DNA of 64,000 nt from a virus. Below the pieces are notes generated by a model that had not been told where the DNA came from, ran no database searches, and was given only the letters and a program-made list of their open reading frames with translations. Positions within the stretch are counted from its first letter, which is position 1. Every line of letters starts with the position of its first letter. Positions 54,519 through 64,000 of the stretch are shown in pieces. The translations under genes were made by a program, and so were the position numbers. The stretch spans positions 96,496 to 160,495 of IMG/VR virus record IMGVR_UViG_3300017917_002228. One strand, written 5' to 3'.

Positions 54519-57500
54519 ATGACTTATAATAGAAAAGATCTAGCAGTTCAAGTTAACATTAAGTCTATCAAGGGCTACACCATGAAAGAGATTGGTGCCC
54601 TAGAAGATAGAATTCGCAGACTTGAATACTATACTGTTCTTAATGCGTTAGAGTTGGATACTAAAACTCTTTCAGTAAGAGATCCTAACACTAACTTAGA
54701 GCGTTTTAAAAACGGTATATTTGCTGATCCTTTCAATGATCATACTTTAGGTAAAACTGAAGATTCTGAATATAATATTGCAATGAGTCCATCTAAATCA
54801 ATTGCAAGACCTACCTTCAGTCAGATATTTGGCGATTTTAGATTAAACACTGCATCTAGTACTAATATTAGAACTGCCGGTCAAATTGCAATGATTGACT
54901 GGACTGATGAAAAGTTTGCATCAAATCCTTACGCAACTATCTACAGAAACTGTACAGAATCTTTCTATAGTTGGAAAGGTTACTGTCAGCTATTTCCTAA
55001 CATTGATAACTCAGTACAATCTACACAAGCAGCCCCTCAGAATGTAACTGTAGATATTGCAGGAGCATTTTCTGCTTTTGCTGCAGCAGGTGGTGCTCAA
55101 AACATTGATACAGTTGTCGGCGGTATTTCCCAAACTGGTTCGCAATCAACAACTGATGCTGCTGGCGCGCAAACAGTAACTAATTATTTTTCTCAATCTA
55201 TAACTCAGACCATTACCGACATATCAGTAAACGTTCAACGTCTAAATCAGGATCTAGGTAATTTTATTACTGACGTCTCTATTCTTCCTTATATGAGAGG
55301 AAGAATGATTGCAGTAGTAGCTAGAGGAATGAGACCTGGTATTCAAGTATATCCATTTTTTGATAACCAGGCAGTTTCTATGCACGTTGCTCCTGCAAGA
55401 GTTAATCCTGCATATGCAGATGCAAACGGTAAGGTAGATCAAGTAAAGATCAGATCACTATCTGGTGGTAGAGAGAATGAAGTTCTTCAACCTAACGGAA
55501 GAAGAGGCGATCCTATTTACACTAATAGTGAAGGTGAAGCTTATGTTATTTTCTATCTTCCAGACGGAACATTCAGAGCTGGTGATAGAACGTTCCTTTT
55601 AACTAACGTAGATAACGTTTTTGCTACCGGTGCGATTCTTACAACTGCTGAAGGTGTATATTCATCGTCATCACTTGGTGTAACTCAAACTAACGTATCA
55701 TTTAGCATACTACAACCACAGTTCACACCAGTAAGTATTTCTACGCAGAGCGTATCGACATTTAGCTCTACTACAGTATTCAATCCACCTCCTCAACAAA
55801 TTATTAATATTACTAACGTAACTAACAATACAACAGTAGTAAATGAAACTCCATGGGCTCCCGCAAACGGCGGTGGTGATGGGGGCGGCGATGGTGGTGG
55901 TGGAGGAGGAAATGATCCTGTAGGTCAGTCATTCCTTATCCCTGTAGATCAAGCATCAGCAGTTCCTGGTGTATATCTAACACAAATCGGTGTATTCTTT
56001 AAAAAGAAAAGCACCAATTTAGGAATAACTTGCGTTATTGCACAAATGAATGCAGGTTTAATTGATAGTACTAGAATTCTAGGAAGAGCGCATCTTAACA
56101 GCTCTCAAGTTTCAGTAAGTAATGATTCTTCTTCTGAAACTATCTTTACATTTGATAGTCCTGTTCTACTTCAGTCAGATACTCAATTTGCATTTTATCT
56201 AGTTCCAGACGCAGATAACCCTGATTATGAGATTTGGATTTCTGAAGTTGGTGGTACTGATATACTTACAAACCAAGCAATAACAAGTCAACCATATTCT
56301 GGTACTATGTTTGTATCTTCTAACGGAAGAACTTGGAGTGCAGTACAATCATCGGATATTAAATTTAATCTTTATAGAGCTAGATTCCTCTATAATACTG
56401 CTACTGCAGTTTTCCAAAATGAGCGCGATGACTACCTAACTATTACAGGGCTGTTAAGAGCAAACACTGACAATCCTATTGCTCTAGGCGATGTTGTTTA
56501 TTCTGCTAATGCTGCTAACATTAATCAGCCATTAACAAATACAGCAAGCAAACCATTTGGTGTAGTTCAGTATGTAGATGAACTTAACGGAATACTTTAT
56601 CTAGACAGTTCAAACGGACTGTTTAACAATAGCAACTTTAGATATATTAGAATCTATAGAGTTCCAGACATAACAGATCCAGCACAAGTTGTAAATACAA
56701 ACTTAATTGCAACTGGTACTATTAGTACAGTAGAAGATTTACCGTATCATGGTATTGTTCCTAAGTTTACATTCCTAGAACCAGCTGGCACTATAATGTC
56801 AACTTCTTTCTCAGGTACAAGCAATGCTACTAATAGTTTTGCAAAAGATGGTGACTATTTAAGTGTTAAGAATGAAACACTTTATGAGTTTACAGATTAT
56901 GAAAGAGTATTGAGAAGCTATTCTAATGAAGTAGCTACTGGTGGGTATACAGATGGTACTACTACACTTTCGGTAAATATGGCTTCTGCTAATCCATATC
57001 TATCACCGGTTATTAATCTAAGTAGCAAGACCTTTAATTTTATTAGAAATAGAATTAACAATGACGCTTCTAACGAGAATACCAGATACGGTAACGCCCT
57101 TAATAAGTATATTTCTAAGAACGTTGTCCTTGACCAGGAAGCCGAAGATCTAATAGTTTACGTAACTGCTTATAGACCTGCAGGTACTAATGTGCTTGTT
57201 TATGGTAAGTTTTTAAACGAAACAGATCAAGAATTATTTGATATTAAAGAATGGACTCTACTAAGTGAGTCTACAAATTATATCTTCAGCTCTACCGGTG
57301 ATACAGAAGATTATAAAGAGTTAATCTTTAACGTTCCTACTACTGGTACTGCAGGTCAAAAGACAGCATGGCTTGATGCTAATGCTCCTTCTCCATATCC
57401 TGCAGGCTGTATCACATACTACGATTCTACAGGTACTATTCCTTATCTAGGATATAAGACATTTAACTTGAAGATTGTTCTTCTATCTACAGATCCAGTA

Positions 57501-57548
57501 AGAATACCTACTTTACGTGACGTAAGAGCTCTAGCCCTACAGAAATAA
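54519..57548 (+). CDS. Large virion structural protein, C-terminal half (DUF4815-like)
   Basis: YTMKEIG.LE.RI..LEYY..L..LE, RFKNGIF.DPF, DPVGQSF, P.LRD.RALAL. Confidence 0.8.
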   Translation: MTYNRKDLAVQVNIKSIKGYTMKEIGALEDRIRRLEYYTVLNALELDTKTLSVRDPNTNLERFKNGIFADPFNDHTLGKTEDSEYNIAMSPSKSIARPTFSQIFGDFRLNTASSTNIRTAGQIAMIDWTDEKFASNPYATIYRNCTESFYSWKGYCQLFPNIDNSVQSTQAAPQNVTVDIAGAFSAFAAAGGAQNIDTVVGGISQTGSQSTTDAAGAQTVTNYFSQSITQTITDISVNVQRLNQDLGNFITDVSILPYMRGRMIAVVARGMRPGIQVYPFFDNQAVSMHVAPARVNPAYADANGKVDQVKIRSLSGGRENEVLQPNGRRGDPIYTNSEGEAYVIFYLPDGTFRAGDRTFLLTNVDNVFATGAILTTAEGVYSSSSLGVTQTNVSFSILQPQFTPVSISTQSVSTFSSTTVFNPPPQQIINITNVTNNTTVVNETPWAPANGGGDGGGDGGGGGGNDPVGQSFLIPVDQASAVPGVYLTQIGVFFKKKSTNLGITCVIAQMNAGLIDSTRILGRAHLNSSQVSVSNDSSSETIFTFDSPVLLQSDTQFAFYLVPDADNPDYEIWISEVGGTDILTNQAITSQPYSGTMFVSSNGRTWSAVQSSDIKFNLYRARFLYNTATAVFQNERDDYLTITGLLRANTDNPIALGDVVYSANAANINQPLTNTASKPFGVVQYVDELNGILYLDSSNGLFNNSNFRYIRIYRVPDITDPAQVVNTNLIATGTISTVEDLPYHGIVPKFTFLEPAGTIMSTSFSGTSNATNSFAKDGDYLSVKNETLYEFTDYERVLRSYSNEVATGGYTDGTTTLSVNMASANPYLSPVINLSSKTFNFIRNRINNDASNENTRYGNALNKYISKNVVLDQEAEDLIVYVTAYRPAGTNVLVYGKFLNETDQELFDIKEWTLLSESTNYIFSSTGDTEDYKELIFNVPTTGTAGQKTAWLDANAPSPYPAGCITYYDSTGTIPYLGYKTFNLKIVLLSTDPVRIPTLRDVRALALQK

Positions 57549-57549
57549 C

Positions 57550-57786
57550 ATGGATAAAAGAGTACCAGTTAAAGAAGAGTTTTTAAGATCTACTAGAAAC
57601 CCAGGCGCACTAGTAAATGTAGATGCGTTTGGGTTAGAGAACTATAGAAAAAATAGAATTAATCAACAAAATTTACTTAATAAAGTAAATGAAATAAATA
57701 CTATTAAAGAAGAAGTAAGTGATTTAAAAAGCGAATTATCAGATATTAAATCACTTCTTATAGAGATACTGGAAAAAAGTAAATGA
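57550..57786 (+). CDS. Small coiled-coil protein
   Basis: A.VN.D......Y...R; C-terminal leucine-zipper-like LKSELSDIKSLL. Confidence 0.65.
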   Translation: MDKRVPVKEEFLRSTRNPGALVNVDAFGLENYRKNRINQQNLLNKVNEINTIKEEVSDLKSELSDIKSLLIEILEKSK

Positions 57787-59705
57787 CTGCATTAATTGCT
57801 AACGTTGTACAGGCTACTGATACATTCGGTCAATGGTTATCTAAAACTAACCAAGCAATAACTGTTATCAGAACAACAGCTGTTACTACTAATTCTAACA
57901 CTGCAATAGGCAATGCTGCAGTATCTGGAGTTTTTTCTGCTAACGTTCTCACTGCAAATGCTAGAGCAGATTCACAGTTAAGAATAGGTATGGTTGGAGC
58001 GTTCTCTAACTTAACTGCTAACGCAACTACTATACTAATAAGAACGTCTAATTTTTCTAATACCAACTATTCTGCAAACGGTATGCAGATTAATGGTACT
58101 GTTCTTTATACCAGCGATATAATGAAGATAGGTAACTCTGCTGTAAGAGCAGGAAACGTTACTTCTACTGCTGGTTATTTTAACTTAGTACAAGTTGGTA
58201 ATACTATACTAACAAATACTGCAGTTTCTTCTGACAGAGCTAATACAAGAATACTTCTCGTTTCTAATAATGCTACAATTGGTGATAACCAGGCCAATAC
58301 TTATATGACCCGTTTTGGTCTAGAAGTATATGATAATCCTACTGGTGTTTTAGTTCAAAACTCAAAGATGACATCTACTACTTTATGGATTAGAGACATC
58401 TTTGCAAATAATATTACAACCAATACTTTAATTGTAAATCATATAGAAGCTAATACTGGTAACTATAAGGTTTGGTTAGCAACACCACAACTGTCTGTTA
58501 ACACTATTACATCTGCAGCAGCTACAATTGCAGTAGCTAAAACTACTAATTTTGCAGACGATATAAATGTAGCAGATGCAGCTACTATAACAGGTGCATT
58601 AACTGTAGGCGGCCCGTCTGTATTTAACGGAACTACATTACATAATGGCGCAACTAATCACTTCGTGAACGGTTTAACATCAGCTGGAAGAGTGGGTATT
58701 GGTCCAAGTATGGGGCCAGGTGCTAACCAACCTCAGACTCCTCTGCATATTATGCACGGTCCTGTAGCAGGTGGTGTAGCAGGTATTAATCAGCACGCTA
58801 AGATGGTGCTTGACGGCCCTGGTCATAATATCTTCCAATTTAGAAACTCACCTGATCAGGGTACATTCGGAGGTATGATATTCTCCGATAATAATAATCA
58901 TTCCGGATATATTGCGTACAGACATTGGGCACCAGGCACTCCTTATGCTGCATTTGCTCATATCGGTGGTGAAAATGGTATTGCTTTTGGTGTAGGTCCA
59001 TCTACTGAGAACCCAGGTGATCCTCTTCCATTAAAACCAATTATAATGAACATCAACCCAACCGGTGCTACACTTGCCGGTACACTATTAATTACAAATG
59101 GTACAACATCTGTTGGATTGTCAGCTAATCCAGGAGGTAGCCCTTCATTCATGCTACCTCCTAATGTAGGAAGCCCAGGTCAGATTCTTAAAGCTAATGG
59201 ATCTGGCGCTATGTACTGGGACAATCTTCCAGGTCCTCCTCCTATTCCAGGAGCCGGTGATTGCGTACAATACCGTTCACTAGGTGTAGGCGTAGGAAAC
59301 CCAGGATGTCAGACAGGTCTTATCGTAGCGTCTGGTGATATTCTTGCTTTCTATTCTGATGAAAGACTTAAAGATAAAGTAAGCGATATCGATAATGCAT
59401 TAAGTAAAGTAAAACAGCTATCAGGTTTTATCTATACTAGTAACGATAAAGCTGCAGAATATGGTTATGATGACAAAGAAGAGCGAGTTGGTCTTTCTGC
59501 TCAAGATGTTCAGAAAGTATTACCACAAGCTGTTAAACCAGCACCGTTCGATCAAATGTTAGATGAGAAGACTGGAGATGTTGTTTCTAAGTCTGGAGAA
59601 AATTATCTAACAGTACAGTATGAAAAACTAGTTCCATTATTAATTGAAGCTATAAAAGAACTTGATGATAAACTTGATAGTATCAAGAAATCATTAGGAG
59701 CCTAA
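57783..59705 (+). CDS. Tail fibre with C-terminal intramolecular chaperone (peptidase S74)
   Basis: TDTF.QW..KTN N-terminus; YSDERLK, GLSAQDVQ.VLP.AV, V.YEKLVPLLIEAIKEL. Confidence 0.88.
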   Translation: MTALIANVVQATDTFGQWLSKTNQAITVIRTTAVTTNSNTAIGNAAVSGVFSANVLTANARADSQLRIGMVGAFSNLTANATTILIRTSNFSNTNYSANGMQINGTVLYTSDIMKIGNSAVRAGNVTSTAGYFNLVQVGNTILTNTAVSSDRANTRILLVSNNATIGDNQANTYMTRFGLEVYDNPTGVLVQNSKMTSTTLWIRDIFANNITTNTLIVNHIEANTGNYKVWLATPQLSVNTITSAAATIAVAKTTNFADDINVADAATITGALTVGGPSVFNGTTLHNGATNHFVNGLTSAGRVGIGPSMGPGANQPQTPLHIMHGPVAGGVAGINQHAKMVLDGPGHNIFQFRNSPDQGTFGGMIFSDNNNHSGYIAYRHWAPGTPYAAFAHIGGENGIAFGVGPSTENPGDPLPLKPIIMNINPTGATLAGTLLITNGTTSVGLSANPGGSPSFMLPPNVGSPGQILKANGSGAMYWDNLPGPPPIPGAGDCVQYRSLGVGVGNPGCQTGLIVASGDILAFYSDERLKDKVSDIDNALSKVKQLSGFIYTSNDKAAEYGYDDKEERVGLSAQDVQKVLPQAVKPAPFDQMLDEKTGDVVSKSGENYLTVQYEKLVPLLIEAIKELDDKLDSIKKSLGA

Positions 59706-59706
59706 T

Positions 59707-60306
59707 ATGCCTACACCAGGTTATACAATTGGTATGGGTAACGTAAATACTGAGCTAAGATACCCTTTTAATAGATCTATTAGCAGCAATGATAGGCCTG
59801 TAAACGTATTAGAAGATAATATAGGCCGCGATACTTATTGGAGCAGATTGAGAAACCGACAAACTTGGGTTATGATAAATGCTATCACTCCAGTAGGAAG
59901 CGGTTTTGGTCTTGGACCTTATAATCCAAGAAGCTGGTTTCCAGCTTTAAGTAATGGTGATGTAGTAAGTTTTGATTTACAATGTCAAGGGTGGGGTGGA
60001 ATGCAGGCATTGATTAGAGTATGGGGCGCTATTGGCGGTGGAGTTGTAAGTAGTACAAGAGACTATGGCTCAGGTTCTAAAGCCATAAGACACTTTTTTA
60101 TATGGGATGGAAATACTTTTTCTTCTAATTTTTACTATGTCGGTAAAAAATCTAACTTTACAGGCGGACAGCAGTACTTAAGAAAAATAAGCTGGTGGGC
60201 ACCTGGAACTGGAAGTGGGCCTGGAACTATTGATTCTACTCCTCAGCCACAAGGAGGTTATACTTATGGTATGTACGATAGTCAATATGCTAACAATAAT
60301 GCGTAG
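59707..60306 (+). CDS. Fibre-tip/adhesin candidate
   Basis: Follows the S74 fibre; I.M..VN.EL N-terminus; Trp/Gly-rich. Confidence 0.55.
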   Translation: MPTPGYTIGMGNVNTELRYPFNRSISSNDRPVNVLEDNIGRDTYWSRLRNRQTWVMINAITPVGSGFGLGPYNPRSWFPALSNGDVVSFDLQCQGWGGMQALIRVWGAIGGGVVSSTRDYGSGSKAIRHFFIWDGNTFSSNFYYVGKKSNFTGGQQYLRKISWWAPGTGSGPGTIDSTPQPQGGYTYGMYDSQYANNNA

Positions 60307-60311
60307 ATAAA

Positions 60312-60641
60312 ATGTCAGTAAAAACAAATTTAATCGTAGATCAAGGCTCAAATTTCGTTTACAAAGTATATCTTGTTGACGTGGATGGTTTGCCGTTTAC
60401 AATATCAGGATTTTCAGGCAATGCTCAGATTAGAAAGTCTTACACTTCATCCTCTTACACAACAATGGATGTTGCAGTTGATGCTAATAGTGGCCTTATC
60501 ACTTTATCGATGAATGCAACTACTACTGCTAATCTAACACAAACCCGTTACGTTTATGATTTGCAGTTGACTGGCAACACAGGTATTGTATCTAGAATTA
60601 TTGAAGGGTTCGTAACTGTTAACCCTGAGGTAACACGTTAA
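60312..60641 (+). CDS. Conserved virion protein (BppU-N-like)
   Basis: NL.VDQG..F, AQIRKSY.S, RYVYD......RI.EG.VTV.P.VT. Confidence 0.7.
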   Translation: MSVKTNLIVDQGSNFVYKVYLVDVDGLPFTISGFSGNAQIRKSYTSSSYTTMDVAVDANSGLITLSMNATTTANLTQTRYVYDLQLTGNTGIVSRIIEGFVTVNPEVTR

Positions 60642-60844
60642 TGCGTGATCAAATTATTACCGTTAGTTTATACGAAGGTCAGCTAATCACTCTAGCAAGA
60701 TCAGCTCCTTCTAATACTACTATCATTGTAAAGAACAATAACGGTAGTATAGAAACTCTAAGAAAATTAGATTTAAAAGAGTCAGGGCTTCTAGGAACTC
60801 AACCAACAGTTCCTAGACCCGCCCCCGACGTATTTAATTACTGA
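60641..60844 (+). CDS. Hypothetical protein
   Basis: Coupled small ORF. Confidence 0.5.
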   Translation: MRDQIITVSLYEGQLITLARSAPSNTTIIVKNNNGSIETLRKLDLKESGLLGTQPTVPRPAPDVFNY

Positions 60845-63615
60845 TTGACTTTATAAACATGCGTACCATAATGGTCGCATATCACGCTTGTGTCAGCATA
60901 CATTTCAAAGCCTTTTGCTGCAGCCTTTCTAGCAAAGTCTAGATCTTCTGAAAATGTATCTTTGTGATCAAGAGCTGAGAAATATTGGAACTGTGGATAT
61001 CCAATATCTACCATAACTTGCTTCTTAATCAATACACATCCAAAGCCACAAGCACCTATTCTCACCAAACCTTGTCCTTTGATCTTTTCCCATGGTATGT
61101 GATTATACCCACCATGATCATTACGATCAAACAACTCTACAACATGACGGTCAGTGAAGCGCTGGATGTATACACCAGATACTACATCCTTATCATGTGA
61201 AAGAAGCTTCTTGAGAGTATCAGGTGGGAAAGCTATATCATAGTCTACTGCAAACAGATAATCATAATCACCATTGACAATCCAGCTTGCAATCAGATTA
61301 CGAACTTGATCTACGTTGTAACCGTAGAAGTATTGGAACTGAGTTTCATATCCTTCTGGTACTTCTAGATCAAAGATAGCTTTAAACGTAGTAGGTTCAA
61401 TATTTTTTGCTGTTGGAATAGCAATTAATATTTTCTTCTTACGAGCTGGTAGAGTAGTTTCTTTCTTACCATTAAGGTATTCATTAGCCTTATCAGGTGA
61501 GATGTTAGGTAGTTCTGTTATAACATCGTTAAGATTAAACTCTGGAGTAGGATTATATTCTCCGAGTATCTTTTTAGCTGTTAAATTTTGAGCATCACCA
61601 TTAACTTTATAATCATTTAATGGGTTAAGATCATTATAGCGGTAGAAAATGTCTTGTACTGCTACTACCTTATCTGGATCAGCTTGCTCAATTATGTTAT
61701 AGAACGTAGCATTATCACCACCTGCTCTATACCAATTACCATTCTCATCCTTGAAAACAGAATCTGGAAGTTTATTAATAAGCTCTTTACGAAATACCCT
61801 CAAATGAGGATAAGGCATATTCCAGTTAAACCTATACATACGATACATCTTACGACTCTTAATTGCCTTTGGATAAGGCTGAGCAATAAGCGGTATATTA
61901 TCTGCCATTGACCAACAGCTACCATATGCATATTCTGTTTTATCATATGCAAATAGTTTATTATAATAATTAAAAATGTTGTTATCTGGCATGAGCGAGT
62001 CATCACCATCAATAAGCATAATTAGAGAACCATCTTCACATCCTCTAATTGCGTTAATTTGATTATAAACTGCACCCATGTTATTAAGATTGCTAACAAC
62101 CTTAAACTTAGCAGCTATATTTTCTGGTAAATTTCTTAGTACTTGATGAATAACTTCTAGTGAACTATCCGTAGAACGATCGTTAATAAGGTGAACTTGG
62201 TAGTTATCATAATCTTGAGTAGCAATAGAAATTATAAGATCTCTCAAATAATTTGCAGCGTTAAAGAAAGGAGTAATAACATTAATCTTTCTTTCTTTAC
62301 CTACTCTTTGCGGTACCCATTCTTCAGGGTTACTAAAACGTCTACCAAAAACTTTATGAACACGTTCGTTAATATAGCACACCTTACGATATTCTTCTCG
62401 GTTCATATATTGACCGAACACTTTAAGAAAATGCTGCTTCCATTGAAGTGCAACAGTGTCCCAAGTAGAAATATCTTTTACAATATTGCAGTAATATTGT
62501 TTTTGTTGGTGTAGGTATGGGTTGCTATATGCTCTAAAAAATACATCTAAGTACTTTGCAACTTGCAAGTCTGTATTAATGTTTGGAAAGAGACTATTAG
62601 GTTCAATAGCATAATCAATAAAGTAAGACGCCTGCTCTACTGCTGTCTCTTCTGCAGCACCAAAGCGACAAGTAACCAAAGGTGTATTGTAGTTGAGAGA
62701 TTCTAGAGTAGAAATACCAAACGTCTCAGGAAATGCTCCTGGAAACAAAAACATATATGCTTGTGAAAGTATTTCTGCAATTTCTTTTTGAGGAATGACA
62801 CCAGTAAACTCAATATCGAGATCGGCATATTTCTTCTCTTTAGCCATAGCAGTAAGCTTAATACCCTGATCGTCTAAAGGACTATCAGAACGGAACTTAT
62901 AATATCCGCCAATGACTTTAAGTTTAGCTTCTGGAATATGTTTTTTAATTTCAGGCCAGATACGATCTACAAGAGGTAGAAGACCTTTAGTGAGTGAAGC
63001 ATTATAGACAAATAGATTTTTATCTTTAGCTTTAATATCTACTTCATCGAAGTAGCGAACAATACCATTGCGTGTTACGAAAATCTTGTTTTTAAGAACT
63101 TCGAAATTACGCCGACGGCCATGATCACAGTTGCTGATATAGGCAGTGTGAAAATCAGAAAGAGTAAAAATACGATCAATATGACCATTGACCACGAGTG
63201 GTTCAACATCCTGATCTCCCCTTATGAAAGTGTCGTGTAGCCATAAGACTTTATATTGAGCCTTCTTACGAATACCTTCAAACAATTCACAAGGAAATGC
63301 TGTAGCACCACGATATGCATTATACCCTTCTTCTGGAACAAACGGAATAACTGTTCTAGAAGATATTAAAATATCAAACTGTTCTTCTTGTTTGATGCTA
63401 TCTACTGGTCTATAAGTAACTCCATCATATACACCAGGCTGTGCATCATCATAGTTGCATGCATTAAATACTGTAGTTGGAAATCCAAGAGCTGCCAGCT
63501 CTTTTGCCATAAGAATTACAGCGGATTCTGAACCACCTAGTCCTTTTTTGGATAGTGTAGATCCATCATAAACTAGGCCAATAAGGTCAAGAATAGCAAT
63601 AGAAGGTAGGCTCAT
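60838..63615 (-). CDS. Three-domain glycosyltransferase (GT4 + GT2 + GT-A)
   Basis: GGSE/LWLHD/ETFGISTLES; ITPFFN/NDRSTD/IDGDD; ILIAIPT/VDYDI/CGFGC.LIK/SEDL.F. Confidence 0.88.
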   Translation of the reverse strand: MSLPSIAILDLIGLVYDGSTLSKKGLGGSESAVILMAKELAALGFPTTVFNACNYDDAQPGVYDGVTYRPVDSIKQEEQFDILISSRTVIPFVPEEGYNAYRGATAFPCELFEGIRKKAQYKVLWLHDTFIRGDQDVEPLVVNGHIDRIFTLSDFHTAYISNCDHGRRRNFEVLKNKIFVTRNGIVRYFDEVDIKAKDKNLFVYNASLTKGLLPLVDRIWPEIKKHIPEAKLKVIGGYYKFRSDSPLDDQGIKLTAMAKEKKYADLDIEFTGVIPQKEIAEILSQAYMFLFPGAFPETFGISTLESLNYNTPLVTCRFGAAEETAVEQASYFIDYAIEPNSLFPNINTDLQVAKYLDVFFRAYSNPYLHQQKQYYCNIVKDISTWDTVALQWKQHFLKVFGQYMNREEYRKVCYINERVHKVFGRRFSNPEEWVPQRVGKERKINVITPFFNAANYLRDLIISIATQDYDNYQVHLINDRSTDSSLEVIHQVLRNLPENIAAKFKVVSNLNNMGAVYNQINAIRGCEDGSLIMLIDGDDSLMPDNNIFNYYNKLFAYDKTEYAYGSCWSMADNIPLIAQPYPKAIKSRKMYRMYRFNWNMPYPHLRVFRKELINKLPDSVFKDENGNWYRAGGDNATFYNIIEQADPDKVVAVQDIFYRYNDLNPLNDYKVNGDAQNLTAKKILGEYNPTPEFNLNDVITELPNISPDKANEYLNGKKETTLPARKKKILIAIPTAKNIEPTTFKAIFDLEVPEGYETQFQYFYGYNVDQVRNLIASWIVNGDYDYLFAVDYDIAFPPDTLKKLLSHDKDVVSGVYIQRFTDRHVVELFDRNDHGGYNHIPWEKIKGQGLVRIGACGFGCVLIKKQVMVDIGYPQFQYFSALDHKDTFSEDLDFARKAAAKGFEMYADTSVICDHYGTHVYKVNQ

Positions 63616-63638
63616 TATATACCTCGTTCAAACACGTG

Positions 63639-63652
63639 CATAAATATAAATA
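63639..63652 (+). promoter_or_regulatory. Late promoter (overlapping CATAAATA and TATAAATA)
   Basis: TATAAATA at 63645-63652. Confidence 0.7.
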
Positions 63653-63697
63653 TCTCGTTAACAATAATATATATGCCCCTAAGAAATAAGGCCACAA

Positions 63698-64000
63698 ATG
63701 ACAACTGCTGGTGGATCTAATAATCAAATACAATTCAATCTTAACGGTGAGCTAGCTGGAGCTAACATTGAATATCGTGTTGGTGCTAATGAAATACAGT
63801 TTACTGGTACACCAAACACTGATATTAAATTAAATTATGGTGATATCACCAATGTTAATAACTTACTAGTTCGTAGAGTAATCGCATCTGATAGAGTAGG
63901 AGCTAATGAACTATTTGGTGAACAGGCCATAGTCACAGGTTCTTTAGATCTTGGTGGTGCACTTATAGCAGATGGTTCTCCTGGTACGTCTGGTCAAGTA
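63698..64000 (+). CDS. Tail fibre-like protein, 3'-truncated by window
   Basis: Own translation MTTAGGSNNQIQFN...ADGSPGTSGQV, open to the window end. Confidence 0.7.
   Translation, partial: MTTAGGSNNQIQFNLNGELAGANIEYRVGANEIQFTGTPNTDIKLNYGDITNVNNLLVRRVIASDRVGANELFGEQAIVTGSLDLGGALIADGSPGTSGQV

Noticed and set aside
1-64000. Stop-codon reassignment, or prophage/integrase features
   Set aside because: Core genes are full length in the standard code with dense packing; no integrase, transposase or host-like flank is visible

Overview
64 kb of a large, AT-rich, T4-like (myovirus) phage genome read in the standard genetic code. The host is most likely an alphaproteobacterium: the window carries a circularly permuted two-piece tmRNA with tag ANDNFAPRLALAA, and spanins point to a Gram-negative envelope. 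Layout: (1-8.9 kb) two tandem copies of a four-gene fibre/adhesin cassette (adapter, ~120-aa connector, LamG lectin protein, Gly-rich protein); (8.9-14.9 kb) late genes including a 910-aa modular probable head-internal polyprotein, Dps and spanins; (14.9-34.5 kb) replication and auxiliary genes (primase gp61, class II RNR, Alt-like ADP-ribosyltransferase, RuvC-like resolvase, glutaredoxin, GT4, RNase H, PhoH, FkbM, exonuclease, SLOG, a MotA/ExbB-like membrane trio, PRTase, tmRNA, tRNA-Cys, gp33, gp59, gp32); (34.5-60.8 kb) tail and baseplate genes (tape-measure candidate, gp51, gp26, gp54-like, gp2, gp4, gp48, gp53, hub, split gp5, gp25, gp6, gp7-like, gp8, split DUF4815-type protein, S74 fibre); (60.8-63.6 kb) a three-domain glycosyltransferase. 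The strongest unexplained signals are a complete -1 ribosomal frameshift cassette that would fuse gp26 to gp51 just upstream of the tape-measure candidate, the permuted tmRNA with a hairpin intervening segment, a phage-encoded ExbB/ExbD (MotA/MotB)-like module, and a putative protease-processed polyprotein with tandem HiPIP-like Cys clusters. All family assignments come from recognising motifs by eye; no database searches were run.
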